Below, one piece after another: positions 27,200 to 35,905 of a DNA stretch of 64,000 nt. Origin of the DNA: Eubacteriales bacterium (GTDB lineage: Bacteria; Bacillota; Clostridia; Oscillospirales; CAG-272); assembly GCA_034101145.1 (NCBI GenBank), contig JAXEKG010000002.1:81981-145980 (forward strand), read 5' to 3'. The notes beneath the pieces were generated by a model that was given only the letters and a program-made list of their open reading frames with translations, made no database searches and had not been told where the DNA came from. Numbering within the stretch: position 1 is the first letter of the stretch; each line of letters begins with the position of its first letter. A program made the position numbers and the translations under genes.

Positions 27200-27952
27200 T
27201 CAGTATATACAAATAATCCTTACGGTATTACGTTCGAGAATTCTGAATAAAGATTTTCTGCAATATCCTGAAAAAAGTGTTACGCCGTCATGTATTTCCC
27301 TATAACCGTACGTTGGATGAAGTCTTGTTTTCTTTTTTCTCTTTTTGCAAAAATTACAGTCTGCAAGCAGGAAAACGCAGAACCCCATTTCGCTGAATTC
27401 TCTTGCCTGCATAATCATAAAAGAATTATCCGAATATAATTCCGAGAAAAAGACTATTGCCTTTTTCCCTCGGGCAGCGCGTGCTATGGTGACTTCTCTT
27501 CTTTTTATTGATATTTTTCCGTATATGATATTTGATAAAAAAACGATGAGAAATATAGGTGTCAACAGCAAAAAAGCGACGGACACTACCAAAAAAACAG
27601 CGCTTACCTGAATGTATGCCATTACGTAAAGTAAAATGCGAGCCGCTCGTGTAAACCACATAAGCGGCTTTACGTGTGAAAGCAAACTCTCTGCCCGTTC
27701 GAAAAGAGAACTGCAAAAAAGACGGTTTTTAAAATACTCGAAACGCGAACCGCGAGTCATCAGCCTGTGAATATTCGACGAATTGTATAAAATCTGTTCC
27801 GCCATTGCATTTTGGCTCTCTTTTTTTTCGAGTTCCCGAATCCGGTTTTTCAGCCTTTCGTTTTCTTCCTTGAGTTTTTCGTTTTCCTGACGGCATTCAC
27901 AATCTTTGTCCGCCCCGTTAAGTAATAGACCCAGAATATCACCCCATACCAT
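27200..27952 (-). CDS. hypothetical coiled-coil / transmembrane protein
   Basis: A 250-aa protein with an N-terminal heptad-like segment (QENEKLKEENERLKNRIRELEKKE), a central double-TM block and a basic Cys-containing C-terminal domain. I recognise no family, and there is no clear SD at ATG 27952. Confidence 0.45.
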   Translation of the reverse strand: MVWGDILGLLLNGADKDCECRQENEKLKEENERLKNRIRELEKKESQNAMAEQILYNSSNIHRLMTRGSRFEYFKNRLFCSSLFERAESLLSHVKPLMWFTRAARILLYVMAYIQVSAVFLVVSVAFLLLTPIFLIVFLSNIIYGKISIKRREVTIARAARGKKAIVFFSELYSDNSFMIMQAREFSEMGFCVFLLADCNFCKKRKKKTRLHPTYGYREIHDGVTLFSGYCRKSLFRILERNTVRIICIY

Positions 27953-28054
27953 GCAATTTTATGTAAACTTTTGACTATATTCTCAGGTCTATGCAGTTTA
28001 ACTTGCCGTTTTGACACAACAAGTTTTAATATAACCGAAAACCGACAGTCCCGC

Positions 28055-28927
28055 TCACGGTGTACCGACGTCCTTATCGGAAAACGTTTCGGCAAAAATT
28101 CTTACGTTGCGCAATATCGTTTCTCTACCCCGCCACGCAAAAGCTCTCTTAGCAAATTCATCATCGCTCATAGCGTTTATTTTTTCCTCATCGAGGAAAA
28201 CTATTCTGTCCTGGCAAAAAAACTCTATCGGCGTATAGATACTTCCCGTTTTGATAGCCTTTTCGGTATACGGACATACTCTCTGACAAATGTCGCATCC
28301 CCATACGGTTTTGTACTTAACCATCAGTTTCTTTTCTTCTTCGGAGAGAGCCCCTTTCTTCTGAGTAAGTGCCGAGATACATTCGCACCCCTCACGTGTA
28401 ATGGGACATTCTTTGCTGCAGCGTCCGCATTTTTTGCATTCTCCGATTTTATACACGGTAAACTCTCCGAACGTTTCTGCCGATGCGTCGGTTAGTACTT
28501 CGCCGAGGAAAACATAGGAGGAGTATTTCTCCGTTATAAGAAGTCCGTTGTCACCAAAAACACCCAGACCGGCCTTGGCACATGCGTCCCTCTCGTCTAT
28601 CGGTGATACGTCGGCAAAAGTATGGAAAGAACAGCCGGGGTATTCTGACGACAGTTTTTCACACAGCCTCTCACCCAAGGCCTTCATATACGTATGATAA
28701 TCCCGGCTTACGGCGTATGCGGATATTAACTCACCGTCACCCGTATAATAAGGCACGGCAAAAACTATAACGGTCTTGGGCTTTATACCCGCTCTCTCGC
28801 ACATGTATCCACGCGTTTCCTTGCATGCGGAATACGGAATGTGAGAGACGTATTCTATTTTTTCATCGGAAAATATTCTTTTCAGCTTATTATCCAAAGC
28901 ACAGTTATCATTCCTTCTATCCTTCAT
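28055..28927 (-). CDS. queG: epoxyqueuosine reductase QueG-like Fe-S protein
   Basis: A DUF1730-like N-terminal domain (AYAVSRDYHTYM) is followed by two ferredoxin-type motifs (CKKCGRCSKECP, CDICQRVCP). Confidence 0.7.
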   Translation of the reverse strand: MKDRRNDNCALDNKLKRIFSDEKIEYVSHIPYSACKETRGYMCERAGIKPKTVIVFAVPYYTGDGELISAYAVSRDYHTYMKALGERLCEKLSSEYPGCSFHTFADVSPIDERDACAKAGLGVFGDNGLLITEKYSSYVFLGEVLTDASAETFGEFTVYKIGECKKCGRCSKECPITREGCECISALTQKKGALSEEEKKLMVKYKTVWGCDICQRVCPYTEKAIKTGSIYTPIEFFCQDRIVFLDEEKINAMSDDEFAKRAFAWRGRETILRNVRIFAETFSDKDVGTP

Positions 28928-29031
28928 ACCCTTATCTCCGTTATAACCTCAACGCCGTATCTGTGTTTCAGCACTTAATTAATCTGACAACTGATATTGT
29001 AGCATAAAATATAAAAAATACAAGTTTTTTG

Positions 29032-29060
29032 TTGAAATCCGACGCTGTATGTGTTAAAAT
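29032..29060 (+). promoter_or_regulatory. sigma-A-type promoter for plsY (copy 1)
   Basis: TTGAAA (29032-29037), a 17-nt spacer ending in TGt, then TAAAAT (29055-29060). The ~90-nt leader carries the hairpin GATGGAA-ctt-TTCCATC. Confidence 0.65.
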
Positions 29061-29151
29061 ATTTTAGTAATTATCGCAAGATGGAACTTTTCCATCGTAA
29101 AAGTGAGCTTTACCGAAAATACAAATTATCAAAGCCAAAAGGAAATATACA

Positions 29152-29937
29152 ATGTACAATTTTCTGCAAAACGGAATAATCCAATATATAAAATATTCAC
29201 CCGACAGCAGAATAGCTCCCATAGCTGTTACGCTTGCCTTTGTCGTCGCCGTAATAGCTGTGGGATATCTGCTCGGAAGCGTAAACAGTTCGATAATCGT
29301 ATCAAAAATCATGTACGGTGAGGATATTCGTAACTCCGGCAGCGGAAATGCCGGAACGACAAATATGCTCCGCACATACGGAAAAAAAGCCGCGCTTCTC
29401 ACTCTTCTCGGCGATATTCTGAAAACGGCTTTGGCTGTCGTAATAGCGGGAATACTCGGCGGTTTCAAATATCAGCACTTATACAGCTCCTCGTCGCTTT
29501 GTTATATTGCAGGCATGTTCTGCATTATCGGACATGTCTTCCCTGTTTTTTACAATTTCAAAGGAGGAAAAGGGGTTCTGTGTACCGCGACCGTAGTTGC
29601 AATACTCAGCATAAAGGTTTTTGCGCTTCTGATACTTCTTTTCATACTTCTCGTTGCAATGACCAAGTACGTTTCTCTCGCTTCCTGTACGGCGGCGATT
29701 ATGTATCCGTTCGTCCTATCTCGCTTTATATCGTTCAGCGGGGGAAAGCTTTACTCCGGCATCTTGCTCATCACCCTTGCGGAGGCACTTCTCATAGTTT
29801 GGTGCCACAGGAATAACCTGTCAAGACTCCGCCGCGGAGAGGAATCGAAAATATCATTCCGTTCAAAGAAAAAGACGGATAGCAGCGTTCATGGTGCAAG
29901 CGACTCAAAGAACGGTGGAGGCCTCGGTCATGAATGA
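29152..29937 (+). CDS. plsY: glycerol-3-phosphate acyltransferase PlsY (copy 1, C-terminal extension)
   Basis: PlsY motifs are present: GSVNSSIIVSK, SGSGNAGTTN and HVFPVFYNFKGGKG. A ~50-aa Ser/Lys-rich tail is added. Confidence 0.9.
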   Translation: MYNFLQNGIIQYIKYSPDSRIAPIAVTLAFVVAVIAVGYLLGSVNSSIIVSKIMYGEDIRNSGSGNAGTTNMLRTYGKKAALLTLLGDILKTALAVVIAGILGGFKYQHLYSSSSLCYIAGMFCIIGHVFPVFYNFKGGKGVLCTATVVAILSIKVFALLILLFILLVAMTKYVSLASCTAAIMYPFVLSRFISFSGGKLYSGILLITLAEALLIVWCHRNNLSRLRRGEESKISFRSKKKTDSSVHGASDSKNGGGLGHE

Positions 29938-31174
29938 CAGAACAGAGGCGAAAAACGAGCTCTCTGCCATCAATGACAGAACAGAGGCGAAAAACGAGCT
30001 CTCGGCGCTGATAAACTCCTGTGTCGGCGCTCACGCGCCGATTAACATCGTGTTTTCCCTGCCACTCGGAAATGCACCCAAAAAGCAAAAAGCAAGGCTG
30101 TGCAGTACCGCTGACGGTTTCGTTATGTCTTTTGAAGAAGAATATGAATTCGGTCGTGTTGCGCAGAGAAACATTCCCCTTAACCGACTTTCCGATGAAA
30201 TAATCATGCTTGCCGACTCCTATTCGCAAATCAACGTACTTCTCGGAGGCGCAAGCGCTCAATTCAAAAGAAGCAAAAAAGGAAAAACCGCCTTTTTCGG
30301 AGCTAAAGCCGTACTCTCTGAACTCACAAAGCAAAACGTTACAAGCGACAGCTCTATGACACTCGACAGACACAAAAAATACGTGCTCAGCGGAAAAGAA
30401 GAGTTTCTCCGTCATCTCGGAATATCCGACAGTCTGGGGCGTGTCCACGATAAAAAGCAGGCGAAATTCCGTCAGATAAACAGATTTACCGAGGAGCTAG
30501 AAAACATAGAATATGCCTTGCCGAGCAGCGGCAAAATTATCATATACGATTTATGTTGCGGAAAAAGTTACCTCAGTTTTGCCGTATATTACTACTACAC
30601 CCGTATAAAAAAACGCGAAGTTTACATGCTCTGCATAGACCAACGCTCCGAGGTAATGGATTACTGTTCAAATATTGCGAAGCTCTCGGGCTTTGACGGC
30701 ATGCATTTTGTGTGTGACGACGTACGCAATACGCCAAAGGACGTCAGACCGAACCTAATAATATCACTGCATGCCTGCGATATTGCGACGGATGTTGTTA
30801 TCGACAGGGGTATTGCGCTCTCTTGCGACGTAATCCTCTCTACTCCCTGCTGTCACAGATATATGAACGATAAAATCAAGAACAACGACCTTGAATTCGT
30901 CCTGAAATATCCCCATCTCCGAAATAAACTCTGCGAGGTTCTGACTGATGCGATAAGGGCAGAACGACTGACTGCAAACGGATACTCCGTATCTGTGTGT
31001 GAACTGACTGACCCCGAAAATACGCCGAAAAATACGCTCATACGTGCGATTAGGAACAAAAGCTTCAAAAAAGATTCCGACCGTGCTGAAAAACTCGCGC
31101 AGAGATACCAAAAACACTCGCATACCTTATGGGCGATAACTCTTCCTACTATCTTTGTGAAACCGAGGATATGA
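29930..31174 (+). CDS. class I SAM-dependent methyltransferase (Methyltransf_32-like)
   Basis: The motif I region reads IIIYDLCCGKSYLSF, with ISLHACDIATD and STPCCH downstream. The start is ATG 29930 (an 8-nt overlap with plsY) or ATG 29891. Confidence 0.7.
   Translation: MNDRTEAKNELSAINDRTEAKNELSALINSCVGAHAPINIVFSLPLGNAPKKQKARLCSTADGFVMSFEEEYEFGRVAQRNIPLNRLSDEIIMLADSYSQINVLLGGASAQFKRSKKGKTAFFGAKAVLSELTKQNVTSDSSMTLDRHKKYVLSGKEEFLRHLGISDSLGRVHDKKQAKFRQINRFTEELENIEYALPSSGKIIIYDLCCGKSYLSFAVYYYYTRIKKREVYMLCIDQRSEVMDYCSNIAKLSGFDGMHFVCDDVRNTPKDVRPNLIISLHACDIATDVVIDRGIALSCDVILSTPCCHRYMNDKIKNNDLEFVLKYPHLRNKLCEVLTDAIRAERLTANGYSVSVCELTDPENTPKNTLIRAIRNKSFKKDSDRAEKLAQRYQKHSHTLWAITLPTIFVKPRI
29933..30010 (+). 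repeat. 2 x 39-bp in-frame tandem duplication
   Basis: Copy 1 spans 29933-29971 and copy 2 spans 29972-30010. The first 32 nt are identical (aatgacagaacagaggcgaaaaacgagctctc). They encode NDRTEAKNELSAI and NDRTEAKNELSAL. Confidence 0.95.
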
Positions 31175-31177
31175 AAA

Positions 31178-31630
31178 ATGAATGAAGTGTTTATAACCTC
31201 GTCGCCCCTCGAAACGGAATCAGTGGGAAATATGCTCGCACAAAAGCTCATTGCGTCAAAGGCAAAACAGGCTTTCATCGCCATGTACGGCGAGCTGGGA
31301 GTAGGCAAAACTGCATTTACACGCGGATTCTGTGCGTCTCTCGGCATTAATCGGGTAAAGAGCCCTACCTTTACGGTAGTAAACGAATATAAATGCTCCG
31401 TATGTCACGTGTATCATTTTGACATGTACCGAATAACCGACCCGGACGAGCTGTATTCGATCGGATATTACGATTATATTTCCGAGAACGGCTTCTGTCT
31501 GTGCGAATGGAGCGAAAACATAGAGACTCAAATCCCGCCGTATGCTATTAAAGTAAAAATCGAAAGAATGAATGACAACGAAAATTCCAGAAAAATAACC
31601 GTTACGGAAGGAGATGACGAAAAATGCTGA
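31178..31630 (+). CDS. tsaE: tRNA t6A biosynthesis ATPase TsaE
   Basis: It has the P-loop GELGVGKTAFTRG and the HFDMYR motif. Confidence 0.9.
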   Translation: MNEVFITSSPLETESVGNMLAQKLIASKAKQAFIAMYGELGVGKTAFTRGFCASLGINRVKSPTFTVVNEYKCSVCHVYHFDMYRITDPDELYSIGYYDYISENGFCLCEWSENIETQIPPYAIKVKIERMNDNENSRKITVTEGDDEKC

Positions 31631-32361
31631 CCCTGGCAATAGACACAAGTGCAAAGTCGGCCTCAGCAGTTCTGCTCTCCGACGGCAAAATCATTTCCGA
31701 GGCAACCTGTAACAACGGCAATACCCACACCCAGACCATCCTCCCCATGGTGGACAGGATTTTGGAAAACGCAAATAAGAAAATAGACGATATCGATTTG
31801 CTCGCCGCGTCGAACGGTCCCGGTTCTTTTACCGGAATAAGAATAGGTGCAGCCGTAATTAAGGGTCTCGCATTCGGTAGAAGTATTCCTTGTATCGGAG
31901 TTTCGACGCTCGAATCCCTTGCTCATAATCTGAGTTTATTGAAAGGCATAATATGCCCGGTGATGGACGCAAGAAGAGAGCAGGTGTATAACGCTCTGTT
32001 TTACTGCGATGGCGAAAAAACGGTAAGACTCACTCCGGACCGTGCAATATCCCTGGACGAACTTGCCGTTCAGTTGAAAGAATTGCAAAGCGGAGAAAAA
32101 AAAGATATACAGAACCCCTTGTATACAGACAGAATCTACCTTGTCGGCGATGGATATGAGCTTTCAAAAAAAGTACTGTCGGAAAAGCTGATAAAAACGG
32201 AAGATACCCCCATTATATTGAGAGAACAAAACGCGGCATCCGTGGCATTTCTGGCACAGAAAAAATATGAAATGGGCGAACGGAGCACCGACCTTGATTT
32301 TTCCCTCTCATACCTGCGTATGTCGCAGGCGGAACGGGAACGGGCCGAAAAAATGTCATAA
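31624..32361 (+). CDS. tsaB: tRNA t6A biosynthesis protein TsaB
   Basis: MLTLAIDTS and SNGPGSFTGIRIG are present. It overlaps tsaE by 7 nt. Confidence 0.85.
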   Translation: MLTLAIDTSAKSASAVLLSDGKIISEATCNNGNTHTQTILPMVDRILENANKKIDDIDLLAASNGPGSFTGIRIGAAVIKGLAFGRSIPCIGVSTLESLAHNLSLLKGIICPVMDARREQVYNALFYCDGEKTVRLTPDRAISLDELAVQLKELQSGEKKDIQNPLYTDRIYLVGDGYELSKKVLSEKLIKTEDTPIILREQNAASVAFLAQKKYEMGERSTDLDFSLSYLRMSQAERERAEKMS

Positions 32362-32425
32362 CCGTCTTAAAATAAGTAAATTATTATTAAAAATATAAAC
32401 ATTCACAGGAAGGGCGATTTTAATC

Positions 32426-32884
32426 ATGGAAAATAAGAAAATATTTATCGGGGCGGATTCTGCGGGATATGAGCTTAAAGAAATCATAAAACAGTATATT
32501 AAGGAAAAAGGATACGACGTTGTGGACTGCGGCACCGACAGCTGTGCATCATGTCACTATCCCGAGTTTGCTTCAAAAGTAGCTAAAAGCGTACAGAAAA
32601 ATCTCGATACGTCTCTCGGAATTCTTATATGCGGAACGGGAATAGGTATGTCAATGGTCGCAAACAAATATAAAGGAATACGTGCTGCCGTCTGCGGCGA
32701 TACTTTCAGCGCACGTATGACGAGAAATCACAATGATGCAAACGTGCTTTGCATGGGTGCAAGAGTTATAGGTCAGGGACTCGCCAAAGACATTACCGAC
32801 TTATTCCTCGAAAACGGATTTGACGGAGGAAGACATAAAATAAGAGTCGACATGATAACGGACATCGAAAACGGCGAACACTGA
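32426..32884 (+). CDS. rpiB: ribose-5-phosphate isomerase B
   Basis: A 152-aa LacAB_rpiB-fold protein with ILICGTGIGMSMVANK and NHNDANVLCMGARV. Confidence 0.9.
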   Translation: MENKKIFIGADSAGYELKEIIKQYIKEKGYDVVDCGTDSCASCHYPEFASKVAKSVQKNLDTSLGILICGTGIGMSMVANKYKGIRAAVCGDTFSARMTRNHNDANVLCMGARVIGQGLAKDITDLFLENGFDGGRHKIRVDMITDIENGEH

Positions 32885-32950
32885 AATCAAACCGTGACAC
32901 GGCAATTTGGACAACGGCGGCAATGATGCCCCGAAAAATGCTTTACGCAA

Positions 32951-32990
32951 AAACCGCAAAAGACAAATGTCTTTCGCGGTTTTGTTTTTG
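32951..32990 (+). terminator. intrinsic terminator after rpiB
   Basis: The stem spans 32953-32980 (ACCGCAAAAGAC / GTCTTTCGCGGT, one mismatch), followed by TTTGTTTTTG. Confidence 0.75.
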
Positions 32991-33053
32991 AAATCCGTCA
33001 CGGTATAAAATCAATACATGCACAGATTACGAGCGGAGTTCAAATAGATAAAA

Positions 33054-33665
33054 CTATGCAAGCGCGGCGAGAATATTCACTGCATTGGTCGAATCAATAA
33101 CTCTGGAATGTTCCGTTATGTATGCAAGGCGTGCGGAGTCGGCATATCTTTTCCCGTACTCTTCAATAAATCCGAATTCAGTAACCGAGTTATCCCGTGC
33201 TGATTGCTGAGGATTTCCCTGTCCACGGCATTTCTCGGTAATAACAAGATAATATCTACCGTCGTCACCGGCATATGCCGCGCTCTCTCTTTCGTAACCC
33301 ATATTATGCAGTTTCTTGCATACGGGAAGAAGAACGTCAATTCCGTCGAAGGAGAACAAACCCACCTTGCCGCTTGACTGTGCTTGCCCCTTTGCGCTCA
33401 TTTCTCCCGCCTGTATCATATTTTTCAGCTTTATCACATACATCTCGCACCCTCCGCTTTTCGACGGATATACCTGTATAAACACACGGTCTCTGGCTGC
33501 GTCGAATCCCGTCTTGTGCTTCGCCTCATCGAGTATCTGCCAAAAGGCCCTGCGCGTCTCCGTGTTGTCATAATCGATGGTGTCACAGTTGAGGGAAAAC
33601 CTGTTCATATCTTCCGCCGACAACGTCACTTTGAGCTTTGAATCGCTTATCAGAAGTAGCTCCAT
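33054..33665 (-). CDS. mecA: adaptor protein MecA
   Basis: The MecA-type N-terminus MELLLISDSKLKVTLSAEDM is present. The product is 203 aa and AAGAGGA lies upstream. Confidence 0.8.
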   Translation of the reverse strand: MELLLISDSKLKVTLSAEDMNRFSLNCDTIDYDNTETRRAFWQILDEAKHKTGFDAARDRVFIQVYPSKSGGCEMYVIKLKNMIQAGEMSAKGQAQSSGKVGLFSFDGIDVLLPVCKKLHNMGYERESAAYAGDDGRYYLVITEKCRGQGNPQQSARDNSVTEFGFIEEYGKRYADSARLAYITEHSRVIDSTNAVNILAALA

Positions 33666-33722
33666 AAAACCATCCTCTTTTCATTTTTGCACCTATTTAA
33701 TATTTATTCCGTGCCTACTACC

Positions 33723-33750
33723 ATTATACTCCTATACCCTTAATTTGTAA
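33723..33750 (-). promoter_or_regulatory. sigma-A-type promoter for mecA
   Basis: The minus strand reads TTACAA (33745-33750), a 16-nt spacer, then TATAAT (33723-33728). Confidence 0.55.
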
Positions 33751-33783
33751 CCCGAATATTTATTCCATATAACCCGTTAATTG

Positions 33784-33826
33784 TAAAAAACAAGGCGGCC
33801 GTGACAATATAAGCCATAGTCGCCTT
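33784..33826 (-). terminator. intrinsic terminator after cysS
   Basis: An 8-bp stem AAGGCGGC/GTCGCCTT (one G-U pair) with a 19-nt loop, followed by a U run on the minus strand. Confidence 0.5.
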
Positions 33827-33911
33827 ATTTTTCTTTGTATAAAGGTATTTTCGTCGGACGCTCCCACTTTTTTATTGTTTGATTTCGCCTGCGCCCTCTC
33901 CATAGTAAAAA

Positions 33912-35327
33912 TTACTTCTGCGCGTTTATTCTGTACTGAGTGCCTGTCGGAGTATCGAGAAGAACAACTCCGCGTTCAAGAAGCTCTGAACGGATTCTGT
34001 CCGCCTCCGCGTAGTTTTTAGCTTTCTTTGCTTTCTTACGCTTTTCAATCGCTTCCTCGATTTCACGTATAAAGTCGTCGTTGTCGTCTTTATCGCGCAC
34101 AAAGCCGAAAAGCTCAGTCATCTCGTCGAGAAGAGCCTTTGCATGAATCATAGCTCCCTTTGACGGAGCAGGATTTGAATTTACGGCGGTATTTATGTCC
34201 TTTACAAGATCATATATTGCCGCAATGCCCTCTCCCGTGTTGAAATCGTCATCCATTGCCTCAATCATCTTTGATTTTGCGGAATCGAATTTTGCGATAA
34301 GCTCTCCCTCGTTTTCCCTTACTCTCTCTTCGGGAGCATTGTTTACGAAAAAGTTAAGTGTATCTACACAGTTAAAGATACGCTCAAGCGCGGCTTTTGA
34401 CTGTTCAATAATATCTTTTGAGAAGTTGATGGGGCTTCTGTAATGCGATGAAAGAATAAAATGACGGATAGGAAGATAACCGTACTTTTCGGCTATTTCA
34501 CGGACGGTAAAGAAGTTGCCTGCCGATTTTGACATTTTGTGATTGTCAATGTTTATATATCCGTTATGCAGCCAGTAGTGGCAGAACTGCATTCCCGTGC
34601 AACACTGCGACTGCGCTATCTCGTTCTCATGATGTGGGAATATCAGGTCCTGTCCTCCGCAATGAATATCGATAGTCTCTCCGAGATATCTCATAACCAT
34701 TGCAGAACACTCGATGTGCCATCCGGGACGTCCCATGCCCCATGGAGATTCCCATGCGGGCTCACCCGGCTTTGCCGCTTTCCAGAGGGCGAAGTCAAGC
34801 GGATCTTCTTTTTGCTCGGAAACGTCGATTCTCGCGCCTGATTCCAGGTCCTCGATGAGCATTCCGGACAGCTTGCCGTAATCCTTATATTTTCTTGTAC
34901 GGAAATACACGTCACCGTTGGAGGGATACGCATATCCTTTTTCAACAAGCGTTTTAACGATATGAAGTATCATATCTATATTATCGGTAGCGAGAGGATG
35001 AACGGTTGCAGGACGCACACCGAGCCCCTTCGCATCGACAAAGTATTCATCAATATACCTCTTTGCTATTTCGCTGTAGGTGAGGCCTTCCTCGTTCGCC
35101 TTTTTTATAACCTTATCGTCTATATCCGTAAAGTTCTGAACGAATTTTACCTCGTACCCGCGATATTCGAGATAACGTCTGAGCATATCGAAAACGACAA
35201 AACAACGTGCGTTTCCTACGTGGAAGAAATTGTATACGGTAGGTCCGCATGCATACATTCTTACCTTTCCCTCTTCTATCGGAATGAATTCGTCTTTTTT
35301 GCCCGAGAGCGTATTGTAAAACTGCAT
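33912..35327 (-). CDS. cysS: cysteine--tRNA ligase
   Basis: A HIGH-type motif (FHVGNAR) and KMSKS (NHKMSKSAGN) are present. ATG 35327 has AGGTGA 8 nt upstream, and the track start is GTG. Confidence 0.95.
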   Translation of the reverse strand: MQFYNTLSGKKDEFIPIEEGKVRMYACGPTVYNFFHVGNARCFVVFDMLRRYLEYRGYEVKFVQNFTDIDDKVIKKANEEGLTYSEIAKRYIDEYFVDAKGLGVRPATVHPLATDNIDMILHIVKTLVEKGYAYPSNGDVYFRTRKYKDYGKLSGMLIEDLESGARIDVSEQKEDPLDFALWKAAKPGEPAWESPWGMGRPGWHIECSAMVMRYLGETIDIHCGGQDLIFPHHENEIAQSQCCTGMQFCHYWLHNGYINIDNHKMSKSAGNFFTVREIAEKYGYLPIRHFILSSHYRSPINFSKDIIEQSKAALERIFNCVDTLNFFVNNAPEERVRENEGELIAKFDSAKSKMIEAMDDDFNTGEGIAAIYDLVKDINTAVNSNPAPSKGAMIHAKALLDEMTELFGFVRDKDDNDDFIREIEEAIEKRKKAKKAKNYAEADRIRSELLERGVVLLDTPTGTQYRINAQK

Positions 35328-35401
35328 ATAAATCACCTGTTATGTATTTTGACTTTTGTTATTATACTGTTTTTATGCTACCTTATGCGTTCTTCACCAT
35401 G

Positions 35402-35857
35402 TTATTCTTCCGACACCGCGGCGTCATCGGTCTCACGGAAATCATCGGCAGAACGGTTTTCGGTATCGCAACCGACGGTCGTTCCGATTGATATGACCGT
35501 ATTGCCTTTAGTTATAACGGCATCCTTCTCTATTGTAACCGAAGGCAGAATACGTATGGCAACGCCCTTCTCTATTTTTGCGGCGGGATGAATTTCTATA
35601 CCGGTGGAATAGCGTGTCGCACGGCTTACAACTTCCGCAAGGCAGGACCAACCTTTTTTGTAGAGCAGATGCGCGGCGCGGTGAGCCTGCAGAGCGTGAA
35701 ATCCATCGTCGAGCAGAACTATTTCGAGCGCCGACGCCTTGTTTCCGGAAGCCTTCCTTGCGGCGTCGATATCACATGAAACCGTATCTATGGCAGAATC
35801 GATTTTTTCTTTGATTTTTGTCGCCGTTCCGAAAATCAAATCTTCAATTTTCATCAT
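35402..35857 (-). CDS. serine O-acetyltransferase-like protein, truncated and lacking the catalytic His segment
   Basis: The segment LEIVLLDDGFHALQAHRAAHLLYKKGWSCLAEVVSRATRYSTGIEIHPAAKI matches the SAT N-terminal domain and first beta-helix turn. The next segment reads EKGVAIRILPSVTIEKDAV instead of the DHG-containing catalytic segment (B. subtilis CysE: GRRFFIDHGMGVVIGET). The product is 151 aa. ATG 35857 has GGGGGG upstream. Confidence 0.6.
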   Translation of the reverse strand: MMKIEDLIFGTATKIKEKIDSAIDTVSCDIDAARKASGNKASALEIVLLDDGFHALQAHRAAHLLYKKGWSCLAEVVSRATRYSTGIEIHPAAKIEKGVAIRILPSVTIEKDAVITKGNTVISIGTTVGCDTENRSADDFRETDDAAVSEE

Positions 35858-35905
35858 ATTAAACAACCCCCCGAAAATCACGTGTTGAAAATAATATTAT
35901 AATCA

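Noticed and set aside
31178-32361. tsaE-tsaB without the usual rimI-tsaD continuation, considered as a possible operon rearrangement of interest.
   Set aside because: The gene order of the t6A genes is variable among Firmicutes and nothing unusual is visible in the two proteins, so it is not worth a finding.
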